This document shows positions 1-10,978 of a DNA stretch of 64,000 nt, in pieces; within the stretch, counting starts at the first letter, position 1, and each line of letters opens with the position of its first letter. The position numbers and the translations under genes were made by a program. Under the pieces are notes generated by a model. It did no database searches and was not told the origin of the DNA. It saw only the letters and a program-made list of their open reading frames with translations. The stretch covers positions 247,950-311,949 of the forward strand of contig NIVC01000692.1 of NCBI GenBank assembly GCA_002269645.1, written 5' to 3'. This stretch comes from Macrostomum lignano (Eukaryota).

Positions 1-1107
1 CAGCATTCAATTCAGCAGTCAGCATTCAATTCAGACAGTCAGCATTCAATTCAGACAGTCAGCATTCAATTCAGACAGTCAGCATTCAATTCAAACAGTC
101 AGCATTCAATTCAGGCAGTCAGCATTCAATTCAGACAGTCAGCATTCAATTCAGCAGTCAGCATTCAATTCAGACAGTCAGCATTCAATTCAGACAGTCA
201 GCATTCAATTCAAACAGTCAGCATTCATTCAGACAGTCAGCATTCAATTCAGACAGTCAGCATTCAATTCAGACAGTCAGCATTCAATTCAGGCAGTCAG
301 CATTCAATTCAGACAGTCAGCATTCAATTGAGACAGTCAGCATTCAATTCAGGCAGTCAGCATTCAATTCAGACAGTCAGCATTCAATTCAGGCAGTCAG
401 CATTCAATTCAGACAGTCAGCATTCAATTCAGACAGTCAGCATTCAATTCAGACAGTCAGCATTCAATTCAAACAGTCAGCATTCAATTCAGACAGTCAG
501 CATTCAATTCAGACAGTCAGCATTCAATTCAGACAGTCAGCATTCAATTCAGACAGTCAGCATTCAATTCAGACAGTCAGCATTCAATTCAGACAGTCAG
601 CATTCAATTCAGACAGTCAGCATTCAATTCAACAGTCAGCATTCAATTCAGACAGTCAGCATTCAATTCATACAGTCAGCATTCAATTCAGACAGTCAGC
701 ATTCAATTCAGACAGTCAGCATTCAATTCAGACAGTCAGAATTCAATTCAGACAGTCAGAATTCAATTCAGACAGTCAGCATTCAATTCGAACAGTCAGC
801 ATTCAATTCAGACAGTCAGCATTCAATTCAGACAGTCAGCATTCAATTCAAACAGTCAGCATTCAATTCAGACAGTCAGCATTCAATTCAGACAGTCAGC
901 ATTCAATTCAGACAGTCAGCATTCAATTCAGACAGTCAGCATTCAATTCAGACAGTCAGCATTCAATTCAGACAGTCAGAATTCAATTCAGACAGTCAGA
1001 ATTCAATTCAGACAGTCAGCATTCAATTCGAACAGTCAGCATTCAATTCAGACAGTCAGCATTCAATTCAGACAGTCAGCATTCAATTCGAACAGTCAGC
1101 ATTCAAT
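1..1107. repeat. Tandem minisatellite, 20-bp unit CAGTCAGCATTCAATTCAGA (runs off the window start)
   Basis: Directly visible period-20 repeat with single-base variants; explains the 328..1119 ORF. Confidence 0.97.
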
Positions 1108-3111
1108 TTGGATATTTGAATTCCAAGCTTGTCGAAGCGAGACCAGAAAATGCTGTTAATAGCGTACAGTATTACTGGTGTTAGTTAACTACCATCTGTA
1201 CGATTTCCCACCCTCCCGAGCCCCATGTGTTCAAAGAGTGTCTGGTCGCCTCGGGCTGATACACAGTTTTCTATTGGAAACATGTCGTCGTGACCTAGAT
1301 ACACATGGAACGCGATAAGATCTACTATTGGGGTGCATGCTTCTCATGATTATTCAGCCAATTGACTTTGATATGTTTTATTGTGCCAGCAAGTTTAGAG
1401 CTTTGTTTGCTTGAAGTTGTGAGAGAGTCAACTTGGCTACAGGTTCATGCTTCACCGCTTATATCGTAACTGTTCGGTTTTATGGTCTGAATTGTAAAAT
1501 ACCTTATCATCTCACTTACGAATCCAGATTAATCATCTTATGGACTGATTTGTGTAGTAAACTAAAATGCTGTTTTAAATACTGAAAACTGGAGATCCGA
1601 ATGCTTAGCCTTAAAGCAAGTGCATAAGAAAATTATTATAATCTTCCGTCGTGAAAATTGCATTATAATAACATTGATAATCAGAACAGAGAAATATATT
1701 ATGCTCGGGTGTTTTTATTGCTAGAATCACTCTTTGTGTTCTTAGTTAAGCTGATAATTTAGTCGATCAAGTTTCCCCAAGCGCTGCATCAGCCGCTGCC
1801 ACAGAAATGCACTGGACCATATAGACAATAAAATCAGTCAAGTGGACAATTTCTTTCAAAATCAGCACCAAGTGTAGAAATCAAGTCCTGCGGCCAGAAT
1901 ACTTGCTTTGATTGAAGCTCGGTTGGATTTGCAGCTTGCAGGCTGTTCACTTGATTGGCTTTATTGACTATGCTCGAGTGCAGTTCTTTGAGCAGTGCAA
2001 GATATCGTTAAGACCTTTATTGTTTATAATATCTGGAGTCATCAACAGAAAAAACCTCTTAACTGAGGCTTTTAGGTGGCAAATTGTGTACTGATGTTTT
2101 CAGCTAACCCAATAGTAGCCAAGGGGCGTCCATTACAGTATAGCTTAGGCGGCTATGGTGCTGGCGCCGAGTGACGCTACTTTTGCATGCTCGCGGTTCC
2201 TTAGCACGTTACGAAATCACCAATGGCATTGCTTAATGTGTGAGGAGTTAGGGGTTCCCCCAGTTTGGTTTCTGACGATAAATATTCTCTAATATTTGTC
2301 TCTGAATGACTGACTGACAGGTCTGACAACGGCTGCTCCAATTATGCATTAGTCTTTTTGCAGCATCTATAGTATTCCAAGCCTTTTTATATCGCACCTC
2401 TCCCCTCTGACCCCTCTACTTGGCTGAATAGGGGCTAAGCTCTAGCTAGCTGTATAGCCAGTTAGCCTTCATGGCTTCGCGCGCAGGCGTACTTGTGCGT
2501 AGTTTCAAGGAGGCTTGAACAGCAAGTCTATAGTTTGATAGATGGACATTTTTGTGTTTTGAAAACTATGTAAACTAGTTCTGAGGCTGTTTTTTAGAAT
2601 ACAATATAATTTTCAAGTGTACGGTCGTACGGTGGGTTTAACTAGCTTTAAAATGAAACCAAATTGATCATAAATTGCCTATATTTTGTGTGTAAACTGT
2701 CAAAACTGCAGCCAGCCTACAATTGTCTGATATCCAAGGCTTTAGGAAAGAGTTGCTTACTCCAGATTCTGATAGTTGGCCTCCTTGCTAGTGTACAAAG
2801 GAAATAAAGAGAGAGAGAGAGAGATAGAGGGGTGGAGAGAGGCGTGCCCCCATTCATTCATTTCTCGTGTATATAATAAAATGACGAAATTGCTTTTCGT
2901 AAAATTAGAAGAGTTCATCATCACTCACAAGTGCTAGAAAATTTTGGTTAGTAAAAAGATAAGCACAAGAAGTAAAGTCACGTGCAAATCGTATTCGATT
3001 TCAGCTGCAGTTATTTTGAGTCGCACGCAAAAGTTTAAAGAAAATACGCGCTGAAAAAATTCAGCCAAGCAGCGCAAAGTCGGAGAACTGAAGCAACTAA
3101 AAGACAAAATT

Positions 3112-3613
3112 ATGAAGCGTCCCGGAAGTAAAAACAATGTTAATAATAACAGCGCCACAGCTGATGATGCCAATTCGTCAGTGGTTGTTGAGCAGAAGCC
3201 CAAGATTGAGCTGCGAAAAGAGATTGGCGTTATGCAAGGCGTCGGAATTATTATTGGCATCATTGTCGGCTCGGGTATTTTTGTCTCGCCTAAAGGTATC
3301 CTGCAGGAGTCCAAGAGTGTCGGCTTAAGCTTTATTATGTGGGCAGTCACCGGCGTGTTCAGCGCTCTGGGCGCGATCTGCTATGCTGAGCTCGGAACTA
3401 CTATACCCCGTTCGGGCGGAGAGTACATCTACGTACTGCAAGTGCTTGGCCCGCTGCCAGCGTTCTTAGTGCTATGGATCACCTTTGTAGCTATTGGTGC
3501 AGTTAGCACGGCTGCTAACTCGCTGCTGTTTGCCAAGTACTGCCTCACACCGCTGTTTGTTGGATGCGAAGTTCCTGAGTATCTGACCAGGATGACCGCC
3601 TTCTTGTCTGTCG
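3112..3613 (+). CDS. SLC7/LAT exon 1
   Basis: ATG 3112; donor G|GTGAGT after 3613. Confidence 0.9.
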
Positions 3614-6600
3614 GTGAGTGCCCAGCAAAGCTTGGCTTATTCTGGCCATCACCGCCGGGTTTCAGTCTGTCATCTCCCTCCCTCCTGAGTTCTTTAGTCG
3701 GTCACCTCCCTCCCTCCTGAGTTCTTCAGTTAGTCATCTCCCTCCCTATTGAGTGTTTCAGTCGGTCATCTCCCCCTCCCGAGTTCTTCATTCGGTCAAG
3801 TCCTCTTTCCCGGCCGTTACTTTTCCTCTTTCCTGGTGATGGAGTTACTTGAGTGTCCAGTCTGAATTATTGGCAGTTTTGTCACGCAATAGGCTGTGAA
3901 CTCGTTTGCGTAATTTGCACTTTGCTACCCAACTGAAAGCGCTGCAGTTCTAGCTTTGAAGGTTGGCTTTATTCTGCATATAATTTTGTTCAGTTTTTCT
4001 TGTTTTTTTAAGCGCAGTTGTCTTAAGTTCTCTCGTCCTCTGTGAGAAAAACTGAGCGGGCTGGTTTGTGCAGAGACTGCAATGGCACTGTTCAGTTGAA
4101 TAAAAGCACAATCGTGAAGAAAACGCTAGCACATGTCAGGCAGCCTGTCTCTGTACATATAGAGCCATACTGATGAGGGCGGGGGCATTTTGGCTGGGCT
4201 TCCTCACCAAAAATGTGGCTGCGTCAGCTTTCAAATAGCGGGAGCTCTGGACTGGATCCCTGCACTATGAAGTGTTAATGAGAGTGTTATATATTTCATT
4301 GCGTGCCCCTCCGCTATGCCAAGCCTCTCTGTCTTCTCTTTTAGTCTGGCTTTTTTCTCTTCTTTAAGTTTGTCTCTGCTTCTTCGGTTTAATATAGGGC
4401 TTATATTTTCGGCTTTTCATTTCTGTTTTTGCACCAGTTAAATTTGGCACACTTGTTGTATGAGCAGCGTTTTATAGTTTACTGCTTGTTGAATATATAA
4501 GCTGCGGCAAGGTTGACTGAGAACAAGAACATACGCTTACTAATAGTACTCTAATGTAGTGAATAATTAACATCATTATCATTATAAAATCTGTCCCTGC
4601 TGGAATCTACCCCGAACTGGTAGAATCTACCCCAAACTGGTAGAATCTACCCCGAACTGGTAGAATCTACCCCAAACCTGCTAATCTACTCGAACTGGTA
4701 GGATCTGCCCAAAACCTGCCAGAATCTCCCCCAAACCTGCCAGAATCTACCCAAACTGCTAGAATCTGTTCCAAACCTGCCAGAATCTACCCGAACTGCT
4801 AGAATCTGTTCCAAACCTGCCAGAATATACCCGAACTACTAGAATCTGCCTCAAACCTGCCAAAATCTACCCGAACTGCTAGAATCTGTTTCAAACCTGC
4901 CAGAATCTACCCGAACTACTAGAATCTGTTCCAAACCTGCCAGAATCTACCCTAACTGCTAGAATCTGTTCCAAACCTGCCAGAATCTACCCGAACTGCT
5001 AGAATCTGTTTCAAACCTGCCAGAATCTACCCGAACTACTAGAATCTGTTCTAAACCTGCCAGAATCTACCCGAACTGCTAGAATCTGTTCCAAACCTGC
5101 CAGAATCTACCCGAACTACTAGAATCTGTTCCAAACCTGCCAGAATCTACCCGAACTACTAGAATCTGCCTCAAACCTTCCAAAATCTACCCGAACTGCT
5201 AGAATCTGTTTCAAACCTGCCAGAATCTACCCGAACTACTAGAATCTGTTCCAAACCTGCCAGAATCTACCCGAACTGCTAGAATCTGTTCCAAACCTGC
5301 CAGAATATACCCGAACTACTAGAATCTGCCTCAAACCTGCCAGAATCTACCCGAACTACTAGAATCTGTTCCAAACCTGCCAGAATCTACCCGAACTGCT
5401 AGAATCTGTTCCAAACCTGCCAGAATCTACCCGAACTGCTAGAATCTGTTCCAAACCTGCCAGAATCTACCCGAACTACTAGAATCTGCCTCAAACCTTC
5501 CAAAATCTACCCGAACTGCTAGAATCTGTTTCAAACCTGCCAGAATCTACCCGAACTGCTAGAATCTGTTCCAAACCTCCCAGAATCTACCCGAACTACT
5601 AGAATCTGCCCCAAACTTGCCAGAATCTATCCCAAACCTGCTGGAATCTATCCAGAACTGCTAGAATCTGCCCCAAACCTGCCAGAATCTACCTGAACTG
5701 CTAGTATCCGGTCGAACTGCTGCTAGATTCACACTTAGATAGCAGGCCAGTGATCATTCAGAATGACAGCAAACTGTTGGGCAGTTAAATGTTTAAGTCG
5801 GGCATCTTATTGGTTATCGTATTCAAGCTCCCTGTCGAATTGCAGTTATTAGGTTTCTAGTTGTTTATTGTTAATTCTGTACAACGTCAATTATGCATGC
5901 ATTTGCAGCACCACGTGCCTTAATTTTTAACTGTCACTTGGTCCACTTTGTAAATACAATTGTGAAAGTTTAGCTAATCAATCCATTATCAATCAACAAA
6001 CTGCAGCAATGCTATGCGCAATCAACTGCATCAATGTTAAACTGGCCACAAAGACTGCGGTTGTAATCTCAGTGTGCAAAGTCAGCGCCCTGGTCATCAT
6101 CACCGTTATCGGCTTTTACTACTTTGGCCAGGGGAAAACTGAGAACTTTGAAAACTCTTTCGAAGGTAGCGACTACGGATTAGGCACAATATCCGCCTTC
6201 TACCAGGGCTTCTGGGCCTTTGCCGGCTGGTAAGCGTCTACCTATCTACCCTGAGTCTTCCCCTATCTTTTATCTGGCCTTCCCGTTCCCTATTCTCTAG
6301 CTTTCTCTATCAACCCTATCCTTTTCTATCTTCCCTATTCTCTACCCTATCCTTCCCTCTCTACCCAATCTTCTATCCACCCTATCTTCTCCATCTTCCC
6401 CCACCTACCTCATCTTCCTCTGCCTACCTCTCTTCCCCTATCTACCCCGTCTTCCCCTACCTACCCTATCTTCCCCTATCTTCCCTTTATCTACTGTATT
6501 GTTTCTCTGCGTCATCTCCAACCCCCCGGCCTGATCTCCGTCCATTTTGCAGGAACTATCTCAACTTTCTAACGGAAGAGATGAAGCGACCATCCAGAAG

Positions 6601-7993
6601 CCTGCCACTGGCTATCATAATCTCCCTATCGCTAATTACCGTTATCTACGTTACGGCCAACCTGGCTTACCTGGCGGTACTTACGCCTGACCAGTTAATA
6701 GCGTCGCACGCAGTAGCCGTCACGTTTGCTGAGAAGACGATGGGCGCTGGAGCTTTTGTCATGCCACTGTTCGTTGCTATCGCCATATTTGGCAGCATGA
6801 ATGGCGAAGTATTGAGCATGTCTAGGGCGGCGTTTACTGGTGCCTACGAGGGTCACTTCCCGACCGCCCTGGCTATGGTCAGCGCTAAACGGCTGACGCC
6901 TATGCCTTCGGTGCTGTTCATGGTAAACTTGGGGTCTGGTTAAACATAAAAAGATACTCGCAAGAGGGCCGTGACCACCCTGGCGCAACGCCTTTGGCGA
7001 CATCATATCGCAACCAGCGCTGAGGCAATTCTGCCCATTCCTCTGACTCCTGAGCACATGCAAGCACAGGGATACTGTACACAGGCACGCACTCAAGCAC
7101 ACGCTCACACAGGGTGTACAGCGGCCCTGACTGTCTAATCATCAGGCATGTACGCTCTCTGCCTTGGAGTTGGCCTTCGTGGCTGTGAATCGCACGGAAA
7201 CCCGTTAGGCCATTGTTGTGCACAAGCCTTTCCAAGGTGCCATAATAACGCATAAATATTTGTTTCAATCATTTACTCTTCAAGTGACTGAACCGATTTT
7301 GCAGGGCATCTGCACTTTAGTGTTCCAGCAGCTGTTCACTAATCAGCTGGATTATCTCATTGAACTGACGGGATTTGCTTTCATGGCCATCATTCTATTG
7401 GCAATTGGCTGCCTATTGGTGCTGCGGGTTAAGCATCCCGAGTTGCCCAGGTCGCTTAAGGTATGTACTCTGGGGATCGAAGTTCTGAGCTTATGAAATT
7501 TGGAACTCTTGATACGCACTGGAATCCCTGTGATAACCGAACTTACCTCTTTTTGTTTGTGCTCGATAAATTCCAGCTGCCGCTGCCGATCCCAATCTTG
7601 CTATTCATCATCACCAGCTTCATCTGTATCATAACGCTGGTTAAATCGCCCAAGGAGAGCCTCATCTCCATCTGCGTCATGCTGACTGGCCTGCCATTCT
7701 ATTTTGTTGGCGTTGTTTGGAAACGAAAGCCGGCTTCGTTGCAGGGCAAATTCGGTAGGTAGCGGCTCTCTGCTTTGAATGCTTCTTTGCTTGATGCACT
7801 ACTTGAAGGGGGCAGAGCAGCTTAACGATTTGGGGCTTCTGTGTCTTTGCAAACTAGTCTATCTTTAACCAATCGCACAGCAAAAGTTATTATAGAAAGC
7901 ATTACGCCTTACATTTTTACACTTGCAGACAAGCTGACGGAATTTGTGCAGAAGTTTCTACTCGTTCTGCCTCAGGAGAAACCGTTGGATTAA
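3112..7993 (+). CDS. L-type amino acid transporter light chain (SLC7/LAT family, APC fold), 6 exons, 497 aa: join(3112..3613,6007..6229,6553..6922,7305..7460,7577..7754,7929..7993)
   Basis: Motifs GIIVGSGIFVSPKG, LCYAELGTTIPRSGGEY, FAGWNYLNFLTEE, PSRSLPLAIIISL; Cys in PLFVGCEVP at the position used for the heavy-chain disulfide in LATs. All introns GT-AG; phases 1,2,0,0,1; summed length 1494 nt. Paralogue identity not assignable by eye. Confidence 0.93.
4600..5712. repeat. Intronic minisatellite, about 20-bp monomer changing to a 40-bp dimer (CCGAACTGCTAGAATCTGTTCCAAACCTGCCAGAATCTAC)
   Basis: Period 40 in the core; shared AGAATCT in both halves. Confidence 0.95.
6007..6229 (+). CDS. SLC7/LAT exon 2
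   Basis: Acceptor CTGCAG|CA; AMLCAINC...FAG; donor TG|GTAAGC. Confidence 0.92.
6553..6922 (+). CDS. SLC7/LAT exon 3
   Basis: Acceptor TTTTGCAG|G completes TGG (W) of GWNYLN; donor ATG|GTAAAC. Confidence 0.92.
7305..7460 (+). CDS. SLC7/LAT exon 4
   Basis: Acceptor TTTTGCAG; ...LRVKHPELPRSLK; donor AAG|GTATGT. Confidence 0.88.
7577..7754 (+). CDS. SLC7/LAT exon 5
   Basis: Acceptor TTCCAG; LPLPIPILLF...TGLPFYFVGVVW; donor G|GTAGGT. Confidence 0.88.
7929..7993 (+). CDS. SLC7/LAT exon 6 (terminal)
   Basis: Acceptor TTGCAG|AC; DKLTEFVQKFLLVLPQEKPLD then TAA, matching the LAT C-terminal T..QK...V pattern. Confidence 0.85.
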
Positions 7994-8062
7994 CTGAATA
8001 ATAACTCCGTCAGCTGTTTAGCGTCACTACTGGCTCAATTAGCTTTTGTTAAAAAGTTATTC

Positions 8063-8375
8063 GGGGTTGTAGCCTAGTGGTTAGAGCGTCCGACTCACGG
8101 CTGAAAGGTCGGGGGTTAGATTCATGACCCAGTCGTAGTAATTTGTGTCCTTGAGCAAGACACCTTCTGCTTTGCTTCAGTTCCCCCATCTTTAAAATGG
8201 GTGCCAGCATTAGCTGGGGTAATTGAGGGTGTAAGGCGACCCCCCAGTCCTTGGACTGGACAGCAGTTCGCAGCCTTCAGATGCGCCGCGCAATAGCTGC
8301 GGCTGAGCTGTCGGTTGCACATCTGCCCGTTAAGGCAGTTATGATTATTAGTACTATTTTTATTATTATTATATA
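8063..8375 (+). mobile_element. tRNA-derived SINE with CORE-like central domain and (TTA)n-like tail
   Basis: A box TAGCCTAGTGG; degenerate B box GGTTAGATTC; 8144-8201 TGTGTCCTTGAGCAAGACAC...CTTCAGTTCCCCCATCTTTAAAATGGG resembles the MIR/CORE consensus as I recall it; AT-rich tail near 8340-8375. Confidence 0.75.
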
Positions 8376-9084
8376 TTTTAAGACTACTATGAAGTAGTTC
8401 AGTAGGACGCAACGGTTCCAACTTGGGCATTAATAAAATTATCGATCAGACAAAAAAATTATAAGTATATAAGCAAACTGAGCCATGTTAATGCAGTTTT
8501 TCCTTGCACGCTTCGTACAATCTGCATGCTTGTTCTCTATTGATTTTGTTGATCTTGTCTGCTATGAACTATCAATGCATGCTCATTGTGGCCAATTCCA
8601 ATCATGCTTTCTTTCTGCTCTGCACGGTTTCTAAATTCTTATTATTATATTTAATAAGTCGGAATTATTCTGTTGTGCCATGCTTCGGTTTAGCGTTCCT
8701 CCAGTGTGTTCGCTTTTGTCTTATCTTAAACCAATATGTGCAGCATTGTGCCTACTTATTATTAACTGTTGCTTTTATTAATAATTGGTTTTTCTGTTCA
8801 CACGCACTCGCACACCTGTGTCCTATTGGAACTGTTGTTATTTTAGTCTGCTTGCACGGCTTCTACTACTCAAACAGGGTTGAAGTTTTCTCTGCCATTT
8901 TCTCTTTTGTCTCTCTTCAGCAAGCTATGGGTGTGTTCTGAAATATAAACGTTACAGTTTACTGACTCTGGGTTTACTTATGCTTATTTTCTCTTTTATT
9001 GGGTGTTTTGCAAATTAAATTCATTCTCTGTGACTTGTTAGCGAGTGTCATTGTCATATCGATTGTAGTGTCATACATTGGTTG

Positions 9085-9592
9085 CTGAGAATCACTAAAG
9101 TGTCACACAGTGCTTGCTGAGAATAACTGTAGTGTCACACAGTGGTTGCTGAGAATCACTATAGTGTCACACAGTGGTTTCTGAGATTAACTATAGTGCC
9201 ACACAGTGGTTGCTGAGAATCACTATAGTGTCACACAGTGGTTGCTGAGATTAACTATAGTGTCACACAGTGGTTGCTGAGAATCACTATAGTGTCACAC
9301 AGTGGTTGCTGAGAATCACTATAGTGTCACACAGTGGTTGCTGAGAATCACTATAGTGTCACACAGTGGTTTCTGAGAATAACTATAGTGTCACACAGTG
9401 GTTGCTGAGATTAACTATAGTGTCACACAGTGGTTGCTGAGAATCACTATAGTGTCACACAGTGGTTTCTGAGAATAACTATAGTGTCACACTGTGGTTG
9501 CTGAGAATAACTGTAGTGTCACACAGTGGTTGCTGAGAATCACTATAATGTCACACAGTGGTTGCTGAGAATCACTATAGTGTCACACTGTG
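9085..9592. repeat. Minisatellite, 32-bp unit GTTGCTGAGAATCACTATAGTGTCACACAGTG
   Basis: Period 32 visible; contains the 10-bp palindrome CACTATAGTG. Confidence 0.95.
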
Positions 9593-10304
9593 GTAGAGTC
9601 ACTCCTGTGTTGCACTGCGGTATTGAGAGTCGCTGTATTATTACAGATCTGAGTGACAGATCTGATTCTGAAATCACTCGAATGTCACACGTAGTTTTGA
9701 GAATTACTCTCGAATGTTACACAATAGTAGTGAGAGTCACCGGTGTAGGTTAATTGTAAACATTAGGCTCTATGCGTATCAAAGTCTACATATCAGCTCG
9801 TTGCAATTTCCTGTTTTGTGATCTCAAAACCGTCTCATCAAGTAAAGCCTATCTGTATTTCTGTGGAATATTGAGCCGCCAATCTGCCAATATTCAAGTG
9901 CCATTGGGCGCCTACTCAATCTAAAAACATGCACGATCTTCGATGTTTAATGCATATTGCATAAAATTCTTACAATGTACGAGCTATACACTTTATTTGG
10001 CGATTTTAACGTGCCAAATTTTAGGACTATGGTGTGCTAATTTAATTTCCTTCAATTTGCGTTTATTGCTACTATCAGCGTCCTATTATATGCTCTATTT
10101 TTGTTTTAGCTTGTGCTCGACTCATTTTTTGAAAACCAATGCTCAAAGCAAAACGGTTTAATTGTTATTTCCTATTCAATACAACTTGATTCTTGTTTGT
10201 TGGTGTTTTACTTCTTTCTTTTTCCTTCCCTTCTCAAGTCTTCTGGTTTGGGCTGTTTCTCTTGCCTTATAATAGTTTCTAAAACGCATAAGTCCAATAT
10301 ACTA

Positions 10305-10500
10305 AAAATGGTCTGTCGGTATGTGTGTGTGTGTATGTGTGTGTGTGTGATCGATTTTAGCAAAAACGGCTCAACCGATTTTCTTCGAACTTGCACTGTT
10401 CGATCAGAAATTTTCCCGTGACAGTACATGCATCGTGGCTAAGAAATTGCTTGATGCTAAAGGGATTAAATATTCGAAAAACATGCTTTTTTGCAAAGGT
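10305..10500 (+). mobile_element. Possible Helentron/HINE (DINE-1-like) fragment
   Basis: GTCTGTC, then (GT)n, then AAAAACGGCTCAACCGATTTTCTTCGAACTTG, a layout I recall from HINE-type elements; ends not defined. Confidence 0.35.
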
Positions 10501-10847
10501 CAAGCAGCTCTTTCGACTTGAAATGCATCGTAAGAATGCTAGCAGAAAAACTGACTGGTTGAATTCTGATTCTGAAATAGATTGCATCACAATACACTTT
10601 ATTTATCGTCTGTGTACTGGCTGAATTTGACACTCAATTGAATTGCGTCACAGCTTTGAGTGTGAAAGCATAGCGCAGTACTGAATTTATATTACGTAAC
10701 CATATTGTAAACTTTCATAGACACTGGTACTGACTTGCCTAAGAAATTGATTATGTCATAACTGCTTCGTGAGACTTTTTACTCTACCTGACTTGGTGTG
10801 AGTGTTGAATTATATAAGTGGTACAACATCACTGATAACTTCGATGA

Positions 10848-10908
10848 GAGCTAGCCTAGAGCTGAACAGACCTGACTGCTAATGCAGCGACCTAGGTTCG
10901 AATCTAAG
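10848..10908 (+). pseudogene. Degenerate tRNA-like / SINE head
   Basis: A-box-like TAGCCTAGAG and B box GGTTCGAATCT; cloverleaf stems do not pair well. Confidence 0.35.
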
Positions 10909-10978
10909 TAGTTTAAAAGTAGTAGTGTAAAATTTTTTATTAAAATCTTTTATTAAAGGACTAAATAAAAACACTTAG

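Noticed and set aside
328-1119. 263-aa ORF
   Set aside because: Translation of a 20-bp repeat; period is not a multiple of three.
7087-7106. 20-bp match CACAGGGTGTACAGCGGCCC shared with about 48547
   Set aside because: Too short to define an element; no paired terminus found at either site.
8063-8135. Functional tRNA (CAC anticodon)
   Set aside because: B box altered (GTTAGATTC), acceptor stem does not close, and it continues into a SINE body.
8504-8941. 145-aa hydrophobic ORF as a membrane protein
   Set aside because: T-rich non-coding composition explains the hydrophobicity; no recognisable motif.
9085-9592. SP6 promoter-like GTGACACTATAG on the minus strand (vector contamination)
   Set aside because: Only 12 bp match, repeated inside a genomic minisatellite with diverged edges; no other vector sequence.
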